Shown: positions 27,645 through 41,485, counted from the stretch's first letter. The stretch is DNA of 64,000 nucleotides from Octopus sinensis (GCF_006345805.1 NC_042998.1:62186001-62250000); one strand, 5' to 3'. The notes: generated by a model not told the origin, from the letters alone. Numbers and translations: made by a program.

Positions 27645-28160
27645 ATATCATCATCGTCATTTAACGTCCGCTTTCCATGCTGGCATGGGTTGGATGGTTT
27701 GACTGAGGACTGGCAAGTGAGGAGACTGCACCAGGCTCCAATCTGATCTGGTAACGTTTCTACAACTGGATGCCCTTCCTAATGCCAACCACTCTGAGAG
27801 TGTAGTGGGTGCTTTTTACATGCCACTTGCACGGGAGCCAGTCAAGCAGTACTGGCATCGGCCACACTTTAATGCTGCTTTTTACATGCTACCGGTATGG
27901 GAGCCTGTCAAGTAGCACTGGCAATGACCACATTTGAATGGTGCTTTTTACGTACCACCGGTATGGGAGCCAGTCAGGTGGCACTGGCAATGACCACATT
28001 TGAATGGTGCTTTTTACGTGCCACTGTACAGGAGCCAGTCAGGTGGCACTGGCAATGACCACATTTGAATAGTGCTTTTTACGTGCCACCGGTACGGGCG
28101 CAAGTCAGGCAGTACTAGCAACAACCATGCTCGAACGGTGCTTTTTACATGCCACCGGCA
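27645..28160 (-). mobile_element. RTE 3' end with about 6 diverged minisatellite units
   Basis: catcatcgtcatttaacgtccgctttcc..., then ~57-bp gtgctttttacgtgccac...ggagccagtc units. Confidence 0.85.
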
Positions 28161-28518
28161 CACAAAAAACAAAAAAAAAATAGTTAAAATATCTTCTTAG
28201 TATATAATGCAGGCAAGTTTTACATCATCTGAAAAGTCATTAGTTGAACTATTAGCCCTCTTACATTTTGTGGGGTATTGGAGTGTTTGAGTGACATTAG
28301 ACCCCAACAAATGCCCATAAATTAAATGCATCTATCTCGGGCATGATTGTGGCCCATCGCACTTTATGTTAATGGTTGTGAAGGTGGTGGCAGTGGTGTT
28401 GATGGTAGTATTGGTGAGGATGATGATGATGAAAGTTGTTGATCAACTCTAATTGAGCTGCATTATTCATGATTCAAATGTTAATTGCCAATTGTATTTG
28501 TAGACATGTCAACAATAA

Positions 28519-28695
<177 letters not shown>

Positions 28696-28711
28696 TGAAT
28701 TTATTGAGACA

Positions 28712-28853
28712 GATTTTCTGCTGCTGGATGCCCAAGTTTTCTGCTGTGCAGGTGCCCAGATTTTCTGCCGTGAGGGTGCCCAGGCTTTCCGCTGTGTGGA
28801 TGCCCAGGTATTCTGCAGCACCAGTGCCCAGGTTTTCTGCCACCAAATGCCCA
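28712..28853. repeat. 23-24 bp array of 6 units just 3' of exon 6
   Basis: Conserved ttttctgc and tgccca blocks with variable 7-8 nt inserts. Confidence 0.9.
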
Positions 28854-29100
28854 TTGTACTCCTTTCTGTCTTCACTAGGTTCAGTGAATAATTTCTAATG
28901 CTAATCACCATAGTACATAAGGGGATATAACTTCGTTATTTGTACACAGTTCATGGTTATAGAGCAATGCCTTTGATGCAGTCATCATACAGCAACCACC
29001 ACCCCACCCCAGCTGTTTACTCATGAATGAAACACTTCTACAGCCATTAGATTTCCTACAATTACCATGAACCTGTTACTTTGATTTCGCATTCTGTAAA

Positions 29101-29395
29101 CTACCAGCAGTCTCAAAGATTAAGCCATGCAAATGAAGGGTGAAACCACAAATGGATCAGAAACTGGACCGAATCCTTTGGAGTGTATTCCTTACTGCAA
29201 GGAGATTGGGTAATTGTGGAAATTATAGAGCGAATTGATACATGTGACCAAAGCTACAATCATAGGTCACATCTGGGTGTTGGGCTGCAAAATGGTCTTT
29301 TGCAGTTTGCATGGCTGCTCGTTGCCGGAGCCAGCTCTGCTGAAACCAGCCCTTTGCATTTATTGTGGCACAAATATTAGATTGAAACTAATGTG
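29101..29395 (+). pseudogene. Degraded 18S rRNA 5' fragment in BTBD10 intron 6
   Basis: Exact GTCTCAAAGATTAAGCCATGCA (29110-29131), followed in order by ggtgaaaccacaaatggatca, ttgggtaattgtggaaattatagagc..tacatg and tgcatttatt..attagattgaaactaatg, collinear with universal 18S segments. Confidence 0.8.
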
Positions 29396-29647
29396 TATGT
29401 CCCACCATGCTCTGTGATGACTTCATGCCCTTTGATTTGGTAAAAGGAAGGGTAGGCATCCAGCTGTAGAAATTCTGCTTCTGTAAACTTCATCCAACCC
29501 ATGCAAACATAGAAAAGTGGACATTGAAATGATGATGATGTGGTCATTACAGTTGAAATACTACATTGGCTTGAATTTTGAATTTAAACAACACACACAA
29601 ATCCTTTTTATTTCAGAGTATTGTTTAGTCAGTTGTTATCCCATATA

Positions 29648-29878
29648 TATTTCTTTATTGCCCACAGGGGACTAAACATAGAGGGGACAAACAAGGACAG
29701 ACGAAGGGATTAAGTTGATTACATCGATTCTGGTGCGTAACTGGTACTTATTTAATTGACTCTGAAAAGATGAAAGGCAAAGTTGACCTCAGCAGAATTT
29801 GAACTCAGAACGTAACGGCTGACAAAATACTGCTTAGTATTTCGCCCGGCATGCTGACGATTCTGCCAGCTCGCCGCC
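29648..29878 (-). mobile_element. SINE family B
   Basis: Reverse complement of the 26727 copy. Confidence 0.85.
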
Positions 29879-30347
29879 CTCATCAGTCATTATCCCATAT
29901 AGATGTGTACACAAATACATTACAGCTACTGGCCCATTGTTGAGAAGGTTACCTACTACTTGCTACTCAGACTACCATTACTCCTACAATGGTATTGATG
30001 ACTTAATGTTTGTTTTAACTAGGGGTTCATAAACTGGATAGATGATAGTCCTTCCTTGGGAACTGTAAGAGTTTGTTAAGGAGTGCTGTAAGGGATGGTA
30101 AGTTTTTAGAAGAGGTTGTGATTTTTCATAGCAAAGTACTATCATCATCATCATCATACATCCATTTTCCATGCTGGCATGGGTTGGATAGCCTGTTAGG
30201 AGCTGGCAAAGCCAGGAACTACACCAGGTTCCATGATTTGTTTTAGTATGATTTCTACAGCTGAATGCCTTTCCTAATGCCAACCATTTTACAGTGTATT
30301 GGGTACTTTTTATGTGACACCAGAACTGTCAGGATCACCAAGTTTTT

Positions 30348-30386
<39 letters not shown>

Positions 30387-31671
30387 CTCTCCCTCCAATT
30401 GCTATGCCTCTTTCAGAGGTTTCAGCAGTCATGGACCTCCATTCCAAAGTCAGAAGGTTCATGATTATCCCTGGAAAAGATATAGCAGTGGTTTCCCCTT
30501 GCCTCTTTATTTACAGTTTACTTTGCTATTCGCTTGCACTCCCCAGCTTCCACTTGAGGCACAGGATCTCTTTAACCCCTGTGCATGGAAGCTACTTCAT
30601 GTGACATCAGAGCATGTCTATACACCTATGGGCTCATGTGACACATGTCTAGGGACCAGTCTTCTTCCAAGTCCTATTTATCTTAGTCTCAGAACCATTA
30701 TCTGCTATTTGACCCCTAACTGGGGCCTTTCATAGCTACTAGAACTGTGACTCAGAACAGACCTGGTGGCAGTGGTGACTAAGGGTCATTCCTCACTCCC
30801 AAAACTCCTGAACTCTCAAGCTGAAGTTTCATCGCCAGATACAGTTTAATAATCTTACCCAGGCCATTTTAAACACATTCTCAAAAGTACCTTTGTTAGG
30901 ATTAGAATATGGGTATTAACATCATCATCATACATCCATGTTTGATACTGGTATGGGTTGGACAGTTTGACAGGATCTGAAGGGTCTAAGAACTACATCA
31001 TACTCCAGTGAATACTTTGGCTTGATTTCTATGACAGTATGCACTTCCTAATGCCAGCCATTTTACAGTGTGTACTCGGTGCTTTTTTTTCATGTCATTA
31101 GCATCAGTGAAGTTGCCATGCAAGACTACAAACACCAAGGAGGGTAACTTTATGCTAGGAAATGTGGAGTTGAGAGAGGTGAAATATGAAAATATGGGAG
31201 CAGAATAGATTTCTTGTTCCAGATGAGCTGCATGACTATTCATATTTTAGAAGAGAGGATGGAAATGATTGGGTGGAGCTGGAAAGTGATAAAAATATTG
31301 ATGAGTTGGATCTTCAAGATACAAGATTTGTGGGACTAAGTGGAGCAACGTATGTGTGTGTGTGTGTGTGTCTTTGTCTTGATATCAGGGGATATTTGTA
31401 AACAAGCGTTACTTTTAAACATAGAGGTGGTGGCCTTGGTTTGCAATCTTCTGTGAAAGCATTTCCGGCTGTCCAGCCATGTGAAAATTTTACTTAGCAA
31501 CAGGAAGAGCATCAGGCGGTCAAACATCTACTTCAGTGAATTCTCTCTGTCCCATGCAAGCCTGGAAAAGTGGGTGGTAATAATGATGGTTATGGTGACG
31601 ACCCACTGTTATATGTTCTGTCTGTTTAAAATGTTGATGATGATAACTGAATATTTATCTATTTATTTAAG

Positions 31672-31725
31672 GGTATCCAACGTACAAAGAAAAAATCAAG
31701 AAACGTGCTCGAGGAAGGCCAGAAG
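31672..31725 (+). CDS. BTBD10: BTBD10/KCTD20 exon 7
   Basis: atttaag| ... |gtaaga. Encodes (G)YPTYKEKIKKRARGRPE; phases are compatible on both sides. Confidence 0.96.
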
Positions 31726-31988
31726 GTAAGATAGAGATTCATTTTATTTTGCTGTTGTGTTTTCTTTCTAAGACAAAAAATGTTTATCATGAAGCATTGC
31801 AATAAGTTCCAAGTTGACATATTATATCATTGTTTTGTCGAAAATTGTCCATTGCTTGAAAAATATTGGTCAAGTTTAATAAAATTTAATATGTACTCAA
31901 TGCACGATGTGTCATTATTGGGCTCAAGGCCCAAGGAAGAGCCTCCACCGGAGCTAGCTTAAAAGCCACTCAATAGGGCAGCTTTTAA

Positions 31989-32209
31989 CCCTTTCATTAC
32001 CAACCCAGCTGAAACTGACTCTAGCTCTGTAGTACAAATGTCTTGTTTTCATAAGTTTTGAATTAAAATCTTCCACCAAACCTTAGTCACTATTTATGTT
32101 CCTAACACTAGCTGAATGATAACTAAGTTATTTTACTAAATTCTTTGTTATATTTAAAGTAATTGAAAGAAACACAGAGCATCTCAAAATAAATACAGTA
32201 ACGAAAGGG
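31989..32209. mobile_element. piggyBac-like MITE, second copy (BTBD10 intron 7)
   Basis: TTAA|ccctttcattac...gtaacgaaaggg|TTAA. Confidence 0.88.
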
Positions 32210-32446
32210 TTAAGCTAGTTTATAATAAATTTGAAACAATCCAGTGTAGGAGCCACTTAGCAATTAATCAGCCAGCTAGAAATAATAACCAAATTAGTTC
32301 ACCAGTGCCATAAAAATGTAAGAAAGACACATCAGTGTCATCTCCAATGTACAAAAAGATAGGAGGTTCATGCTTGACATTACTTTTGATCTTATGTCTG
32401 CTTGATCTGGGATAACTTGGAGGCTAAGCAACAAAACCACATTTGA

Positions 32447-32926
<480 letters not shown>

Positions 32927-33807
32927 ACTGAACCAAAAAAAAAAGAAAAACAAATAAAATGCATGTTTTGATCGTGCTTGAAAAAATTTCAACACCTTTT
33001 TTCTCTGCAATATTGGGTTCTGCTGGTGTTTTGGTCCTTTTAATTATTACAAAATTGGGGCTCTAGAATTAATAAATAAAAGAAGCTACAATTTCTCTGT
33101 AATCTTGGACCTTGGTGGTGTATTTTTGTCTGTTCTTTGCTTATTGCAAAGCTTGACCTTGGTATAGCCTGAGTCTGATGTGTAAATATAAACATAACAA
33201 GCAGGAAATGTAATAAAGATGAGAGAGTATGGATTTTTTTTTTATCAATTTTTTTTTCTCTTCTGTACACGTATAGAATAAGTATGGTAGTATACACACT
33301 CATACACACACATATTGAATACATATATTTAAGCTAGAATGAATACACACATACACACATATATATATAATTTTGCATTTGTCTCCCTTGCTGGCATCAT
33401 TTGGACAGGTCTTGTCGTGATCCTTTGCCACTTTGCAATAAAGACCAATTTTCATTATTTATGGGGTCCTGTCTCCTCTGTTCCTTCCTCCTTGTAGGGT
33501 TTTTATTTTTTTTTTTCCTTTTTAATATTGCTGTCAATAACCAATTTACAGTGTGGACTGGGTGCAGTGTTATCAGGCAACCGTGTTTATATATATATAT
33601 ATATATATATATAAGCCACATAAAAAGTACCCAGCACACTCTGTATAGTGGTTGGCGTTAGGAATGGCAACCAGTGATAGAAGCCATGCAAAAACAGACA
33701 ATTGTAGCATGGTGCAGCTCTCTAACTTGCCAGCTCCTGTGAAACCGTCCAACCCATGCCAGCATGGAAAACGGACGTTAATGATGATGAAAAACATGTA
33801 ATGATGT

Positions 33808-33841
<34 letters not shown>

Positions 33842-34190
33842 CTGTAATAAAATTCATACCCAAAGATACTCAACACCATCTTAGAAATCAGGACAAAATT
33901 ATGGATAGAAAACAAGTTTTGTCAGGTCTTTGAGTCCATATAGTGTGGTGCAAGAACAAGACTTCCAGAATTTGCCACTTTCCAAATGAAGTACCATCAT
34001 AGGGATCCGTCCTGTCTGCCAATCTTTCCAGCCTATGTTTTCATGCTCGTCCTTCACACACTGTCTCCTACACAGATAGCATCATACTCACTTCATGTCA
34101 TTCTTCACACACACAATTGCTCCACACTGAATCCAAAACAACAGGCTTAAAGGAGAACTGACCAAGCCCGTCTCTTCTTTACCAGCAACA
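33842..34190 (+). mobile_element. Old LINE reverse transcriptase fragment (non-RTE)
   Basis: LWIENK...NEVPS*GSVLSANL...VSYTDSIIL resembles GVPQGSVLSP...YADD. Confidence 0.5.
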
Positions 34191-34698
34191 CTGGCGGACA
34201 TCAACTACAACCATCTATTATGTACCACAACATAAACATACCACACACACACACACACACATACTGAAAACAGAAATGCTAGAAGTGCATACATCTTCCC
34301 AACGCACTTAAAAAACATAGTAAAACAATATACATATTTTGAACAATCACAGTTACCATATTTGGCCAACAGAGAAACTGCTGTGTACACAAACAATAGA
34401 TCCTTCCCTCCTCCTCCTCCTCTTTCTACAACGCACAGAGCAAAGTACACTTGTACACAGACCACTTACACAATTGTACTTAAATACTTACTCAGGAAAG
34501 ACTGCATAGGATACAATTTACTACTGCGATAAACTTTAAAATCTTACATTTCTTGTCACTAGAAGAAATATCACCTTCAATCCCCACCACAAACACATAC
34601 ATACATACATATATATATATAACATCTGAAAGCAGTACTACATCAACTGAAAACTGACTCTCCTGTGTAGACCTGACAAACATAAACACATACAAACA

Positions 34699-35212
34699 GC
34701 CATTCTATATTTTAGAGATGATGAATTATGTACATTATTTACATTGGACGGATATGTGTCCTCATCTTGTTTGTTGTTACCACAACGTTTCAGCTGATTT
34801 ACTCTCCAGCCTTCATCAGGTGTCCTGGTAGAATTTTGAACCCAACCCTGGGTCCTCATGCCTTAGGTAATTTTCCGCTAATGTTATTCTTATTATTATT
34901 TATTCAAGGCACTGCCTTGAATTGAACTCACAATCTAGGTGTTAGTAGCCCATACTTTTAACCATTACTCTATAATTGCCCACAAGCATATAGCATAATG
35001 GTTAAGAGCACATGCTACTAACCCTAAGATTGTGAGTTCAGTTTCAAGGCAGTGCCTTGAATAAATAATAATAATGATAATATCAGCAGAAAAATACCTT
35101 AGGAAGGAGAACCCAGGGTTGGGTTAAAAATTCTACCAGGACACATGGTGCAGGCTGGAGATTAAATCAGCCGAAACGTTGTGAAGACACATATCCATCC
35201 AATGTAAATAAT
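34699..35212. mobile_element. Complete head-to-head palindrome of the tRNA-head/hammerhead element (second subfamily)
   Basis: Minus arm about 34699-34981, 2-nt spacer AC, plus arm 34984-35212. Both arms retain tRNA-like heads; hammerhead motif at 34781-34824 (-). Confidence 0.88.
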
Positions 35213-35923
35213 ATACAGACAGCCCTTTCACACACACACACATATGGAAATAACCACAACATATTAATCTGAACAGTCCCAAACACTCTGCTAGCATCAA
35301 CATCATCAACAAACAGAGCAGAAAGGTAGCAACTGTTGCCCACTGACCAAGTCCACCTTGCTTGTTCACTGGCAGACTGTGGGTGTACAGAATTAGACGG
35401 GACAATGATGAAAATGCAACATGTCTAGGTTGTAGCATTGCATCCCCACACCACAAGATGCATGGCTTGCATGTTGGAAGAGTAGGCAGTGTAGTCTTCA
35501 GTGAAGCATGTCTTAATCTTCAGCTGGTCACCTTTGTGCTTCATTTTACTGTTTGATCAGCGATGACCTGTGACTATACAACCAGCATAGGCTCGAAATA
35601 TAAAAGTCTTTCTCATTTTCCCGAGCATCAAACTAATACACCTGCTTGTTGTTCATACACCTGTCTTTTTTATTTTTCTGTAAATTTCAACTATATATAT
35701 AAAAAGCACTATCAGAACATGATCAATACTAGGCCTGCCTGATTGGCTCCTGTGCCAGTGGCATGTAAAAAGCACTCAGTACACTCAGAGAGGTTGGCAT
35801 TAGGAAGGGCTGTAGAAACTGCCAGATCAGATTGGTGCCTGGTGCAACCACTGGCTCTCCAGACCTCAGTCAAACTGTCCAACCCATGCCAGCATCTAAA
35901 ACAGACGTTAAATGATGATGATA

Positions 35924-35957
<34 letters not shown>

Positions 35958-35958
<1 letters not shown>

Positions 35959-36549
35959 GCATAGGAGTGGCTGTGTGGTAAGTAGCTTGCTTACGAACCA
36001 CATGGTTCTGGGTTCAGTCCCACTACGTGGCACCTTGGGCGTTTTCTACTATAGCCTCGGGCTGACCAAAGCCTTGTGAGTAGATGTGGTAGACGGAAAC
36101 TGAAAAGAAGCCTGTCGTGTGTATATATATATATATCTCTCGTGATATCCTACGTTCTACTTGTCTAGAACCTGTCATCGTTTCTCCGAACACCCCTCCC
36201 CACTGGTGCTCCCCTATATTTCTGCACCCCCCCCCCATAAAAAGCACCATCCGAACGTGGCCGATGCCAGCACCGCCCCGACTGGCTTCTGTGCAGGTGG
36301 CACATAAAAAGCACCAACCGACCGTGGCCGATGCCAGACCCCTCTGGCACCTGTGCAGGTGGCATGTAAAAAGCACCCACTACACTCGCGGAGTGGTTGG
36401 CGTTAGGAAGGGCATCCAGCTGTAGAAACACTGCCAGACCAGACTGGAGCCTGGGGCAGCTCCTGGCTCCCCAGACCCCGGTCGAAACCGTCCAACCCAT
36501 GCTAGCGCGGAAAACGGACGTTAAACGATGATGATGATGATGATGATAG

Positions 36550-36580
<31 letters not shown>

Positions 36581-36776
36581 TATATGCTTCTCCCCCCAAC
36601 ATCACTTGACAACTGAATCTGGTGTGTTTACATCCCCATAACATAGCAGTTCGGCAAAAGGACCAATAGAATAAATACTAGGCTTGCAAAAAGTAAGTCC
36701 TGGGGTCGATTTGCTCGACTGAAAAGCGGTGCTCTAGCATGGCCACCGTCAAATGACTGAAACAAGTAAAAGAGTA
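35958..36776 (+). mobile_element. SINE family A split by an RTE insertion
   Basis: Head at 35958-36120 and tail at about 36590-36776. Confidence 0.85.
36237..36548 (+). mobile_element. Young RTE 3' end nested in a CORE-like SINE
   Basis: CpG-rich copy ending (GAT)n inside the (TA)n core of the SINE at 35958-36776. Confidence 0.85.
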
Positions 36777-37736
36777 TTCCCAAATAAATTGCACTTCATA
36801 TCTGTGGCTCTGATGAAGCTGTAAAGTTCTATTCATGCACTTGACTGAGTCCACTGCATCTTATTGCAGAAACGGCTGTTAGCAAATGAAGTTCATGAGG
36901 TAATCATTCCTTTCTCATCTTTTAATGCTCCTCTATACTCAGCCAACACTTCATTCTGAAACATACATATATGGAGTAATACATTGGGTTATTGATTTTG
37001 CAATGCCTAAGTGAAATATTATTATATACAAATGATGATATGTAGATACATACAGACACACAAGCACATACAAGTATCTGTGCCAACAATAGATTTGGCC
37101 TCTCTACAAAGCATAGAGTATAGCACCAACCATACTATCACAGCTCTTACTCAGACAACACCCATGGGCCATATACACATGCACACATAATACTGACACA
37201 CACTCACATATACACTTAGATTAATAGAAAGGGTGTGAGTGTGTGAGTACACTTTTGTGGTTAAAGAAATCCATTTTGCATATGTATGTTCTCAGGTTCA
37301 ATCCTGCAGCACTCCACCTGAAGCAAATATCTTCTACCACATCCTCAGATTGACGAACACTTTGTGAGTGTTAAATTTGGTAAACAGAAACCGTGTGGAA
37401 GTCCAGCAGAAGGACCATTTCCCTCTGTTTAGTGGGGAGGTAGACATAGTCTATCACCCAATTTAACATCGTCTTTGCCCCTTATTTAGTCTTTGGATAT
37501 CTTAAACAAAGTCCACAGTGTTAAATGCAATTGAACCAATTTACTTCCTTCTCACTTCCTATCAAACTCTGAATAAACTTGAGGAAAAAAAAAAGAAAAG
37601 AAAAGAAATCTCTGTCAAAAGAACCTTTTTTTTTGTCTTTTTATGTATTAAAAATCCAGTTTGGTTGTAATGGTGAGGCATTTTATTGGACTGATTCTGA
37701 CATTTGTTCTCTGTGAAATGAGCCTCGCCATCATGA

Positions 37737-37737
<1 letters not shown>

Positions 37738-37786
<49 letters not shown>

Positions 37787-37810
37787 TATATATATCTATG
37801 TACACACTTC

Positions 37811-37864
<54 letters not shown>

Positions 37865-37930
37865 TACACCCCCTATATATGTGTATATATATATATATAT
37901 ATATACATGCATACATACATGCTCATATAT
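37738..37930. repeat. Compound (TA)n/(CA)n microsatellite; others at about 5419-5472, 11248-11300, 44490-44537, 56089-56150, 59657-59722, 63000-63100
   Basis: Directly visible dinucleotide runs. Confidence 0.98.
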
Positions 37931-38342
37931 ATTATGTTTCCATCAAGAAATTTTTTATTGAATATTTTATTATTAATATTTTTTCCTTTTCCTTTTTTTT
38001 CTTTTTTTTTTCATTCTACTGCACTTGAAATTGAATAATTTAAATGATTTCAGTAAATGAAGGATACAGCTGATTAAACAAACAAAACAAATTTAAAAGT
38101 AATTAAATTAAAAAAAAACTTTTTTTTATTACCTTGAATGCAAAGAGAGAGAGGGAGCCTGTCTGCTTTCCTGTGTATGGTTGCTTGACCAGTTAAAATA
38201 GCAGTCAAATCTCCCTCATATCATACTATCTATCCTCCTTGAAATTATGGAAGGACACAATGTTGTCCTGTTTACACTGCCTGAGAAAAAAGAAAATAAA
38301 AAAAACGCTTGAATGCTTTTGATTCTGAGTCTCTAATTAAGG

Positions 38343-38821
38343 CAGGGGTTGCCAAACTTTTTCAACCATCGACCCCTTTTAACCACTCCTCCTGCATCAA
38401 CCCCCTTCAGCCACTTCTTCTGCATCAACCACCACCCTCATTTAAAATATCTTAATACCCTACCCTACCATACCATATCTTAAATGCATACCGGGTACTA
38501 ATGCTGACAATTAAAATGTTTGCTAAGATACACATGTACAATAAATTAAGAAATTCTATTGAAGATGGCATACTTTTTTACATTTAAAACTACGTGTATG
38601 AGTATACAGTATTAAACTTTCAATTTTTATGAAATTGTTTTCACAGTTAGAAAATGTGAAAAATGCATCATGTTTTCTCAGGTTTCATGGCCCTGACTAA
38701 GTATTTCAAGCAGTTCATCTGGGTGAGCTGGTCTTTCACATGCCAACTCCTTGTCTATCATCAACCCCCTGTAATTCCTTGCCAACCCTTAGGGGGTCGT
38801 TTGAACCCCCTTTGATCCCTG
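38343..38821. mobile_element. hAT-like non-autonomous element related to 4758
   Basis: CAGGGGTTGCCAAAC...TTTGATCCCTG; TSD aattaagg/agttaaga (6/8). Confidence 0.65.
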
Positions 38822-40681
38822 AGTTAAGACATGTACAGATGTAAGGTAATGAAACGAAATCAAGATAGAATAACAATAGCAATTACAACAACCACCTGAA
38901 ACCTCTTAATGTATCTGACTGACAGTTGTTTAGTTAGTCCACATTACTCCTTCAAGGAACACGGGGCCGGTTTTCCAGTTTCTCTGGCATATATACTCCT
39001 TCTTGAATGGGACGCTGGCCCATCGTAGGATTCTTCATCCCAGTTGAATGGACTGGAGCAATGTGAAATGAAGTGTTATGCACAAGAACACAACACATCG
39101 CCTGGTCCAGGAATTGAAACCACAATCTTACGATCATGAGTCCAACACTCCTACCACTAAGCCATGTGCCTCCACAAAGGTGTGTATGTGTTTATATTTT
39201 GGTCACTAAAACTTGTTGAATCCAGTACATATAGCTGTGTATGCATACACACACTCGCACACTGTGTGTGCAATGTACCTGGAGCAAGGCTGGATGTAAA
39301 ACATTATAATATGCTCTTTGATAACTATTATTATTATTTCTATATATAAGAGCAGGGCATTGGTAGAAGCAATTTGAATTTGACTAAATTATCTTGGGGT
39401 ATATGAGTTACATCTTTTTGCTTTCTGTGTTCAAATCCTACCTGGGTCAACTTTACTTGTCATCCTTCTGGGACGGAGGATAATATAAACTTAACTGTCA
39501 AGTCCTGGAGATTATTGAAGTCAACTTGCCTATTCCCTAAAATTTGAGCTGTTGGAAATTAATATATTTTCATTGGAATTGATCCACTTCTCTTATTTTC
39601 ATATATTTATTCTTAAACAAGAATTTTGTTGACAGTGACTCTGAAGTTTTGACTAGTTAAACCACCATCAGACGATGCCTTAACTGGCTGAAATGTTGAA
39701 GTTACTGCCAACAATATTTTTGTATAAGAATAAGTTTGTACCCTACAGAAGTATAGAGTGACCCATCAGATTAAATTAAATTGTTTTTATTACAGTTGAA
39801 CATAATAAACATTTGTCCAACCCATGCTAGCATGGAAAGCGGACGTTAAACGATGATGATGATGATGATGATATATATTTATAGATATTTATACATACAT
39901 ACACTCACACATGCACTTTCATTTTTATATCAACATTCACATACACACACAATTTTCTTTTTGTAAACAGAATTTGAATTTGAATAAACTCATGCCCTTA
40001 GGTTTCTTTTACAATAAATAGCAGAAAATTGTTCTTTCTCTAACTAAGCATTATTTTAAATTGAATTTAAAAAGAAAAAACAACCCTTTTTTATGCTGAC
40101 AATGTTGTAGTTGTACTTTGTAACAAGTATGTTTTCAGCTCAGCATAGGAATCCTGTTCATGCTGTGTGTGCAGTGAGCATGTATATCAAATCTCCTGCA
40201 AACCATCTGCATTGAACACCATTGAGCCATACAACTCCATCTACCACCACTCCAGAGAAAACGATGTCTTGCACATATGCATATGTTAGAAATTATGTAT
40301 GCATTCACACATGTTTGTGTATGCTTCAACAGTGTATCTTGTGTTGCTCATGCAGTTTGATAGTTTGGCATTTGGAAGGGCATCCAGCTGTAAAAGACCA
40401 TGCCAAAACAGACAGTGGTGCTTGGTGTAGTCCTCTGGTCTCCCAGCTCCTGTCAAACTGTTCAGCCTATCCCAGCATGGAAGACAGACATTAAATGCTT
40501 ATGATGATGATAAAGATAGTGGAAACAGCTGAAGTTATAACAGACCACACTGTAATAATTACAGATATTCCTTATTATAAATGGAACTCTATACTTTATT
40601 ATAGGTTTCTTGAACAAACATTGTTTTTAATCCTTGAACACTGTAAAATACTTAATTTTATTTAATTTTTACTATAAAATA

Positions 40682-41052
40682 CAGTAGAACCTCACAGTAC
40701 GAGTGCCCCATTGTACGAGTAATTTGCTGTATGAGCCAAGACTCGTGCAAATTTTTGTCTTGAAGTACAAGCAGAGATCCGCAGTTCAAGCACAAATCAT
40801 CCCATCTTTAAGGTAATTCAGTTAATAAAACCAGTTTACATTTTTCTTTTGCGTTCTCTTCTTTATAATTGTCATTTTAGTTGTAACTACAAGTTTTCTG
40901 TTTTAAAATCCATAAAAAATTATTTTTGAGTGGTTTTTGGGAGGCTCAAACAGATTAATTATATTTTAGTTAATTTCAGTGGGAAAAATTGATTTGTGAA
41001 ACAAGTAAATTATAAAACAGCTTGGTCATGGAACGAATTAAACTCGTACTGT
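40682..41052. mobile_element. pogo/Tigger-like MITE; partial reverse copy at about 55560-55801
   Basis: TA|CAGTAGAACCTC...ACTG|TA; homologous segment seen in reverse at 55690-55801. Confidence 0.65.
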
Positions 41053-41485
41053 ATATATAATATATGTATATAACAAATATTAGTTTGGTCCATCAAGCAA
41101 AATATATTTTGCTAGTTATTAATTAAATTTACTGACATTCGGAGTTCTGACTTTGAATTCTCTGGTCTGAGTGGACTGACCATGTTTCTACAGCTGGATG
41201 CCTTTCCTAATGCCAACCACTCTGAGAGTGTAGTGGGTGCTTTTTACGTGCCACTGGCATGGGAGCCAGTCAGGTAGCACTGGCAGTGACCCATACAGGA
41301 ATTTATATATATATATATATAACATATACTAGTTTGGTCCATAACCACAAAATGGCCAAGATATATTTTGCTAGACTCAGTCATTGATTAACCTTAATGG
41401 CATTCAGAGTTCTGACTTGGAATTCTCTGATCTGATTGGACTGACCATGTTTCTATAGACTCACCTCTCTACTAACAATATTATG

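Noticed and set aside
27830-28150. CRISPR-like repeat/spacer look (also 56640-56930 and 9596-10170)
   Set aside because: The apparent spacers are homologous to each other, the arrays are internal to RTE 3' UTRs, the context is eukaryotic, and there are no cas genes.
29101-29395. Functional 18S rRNA gene
   Set aside because: Only about 300 bp, with indels and CpG decay, and no ITS, 5.8S or 28S.
30390-30900. LINE endonuclease remnant on the minus strand
   Set aside because: Only faint GDFN- and SLD-like resemblance; too degraded to call without a search.
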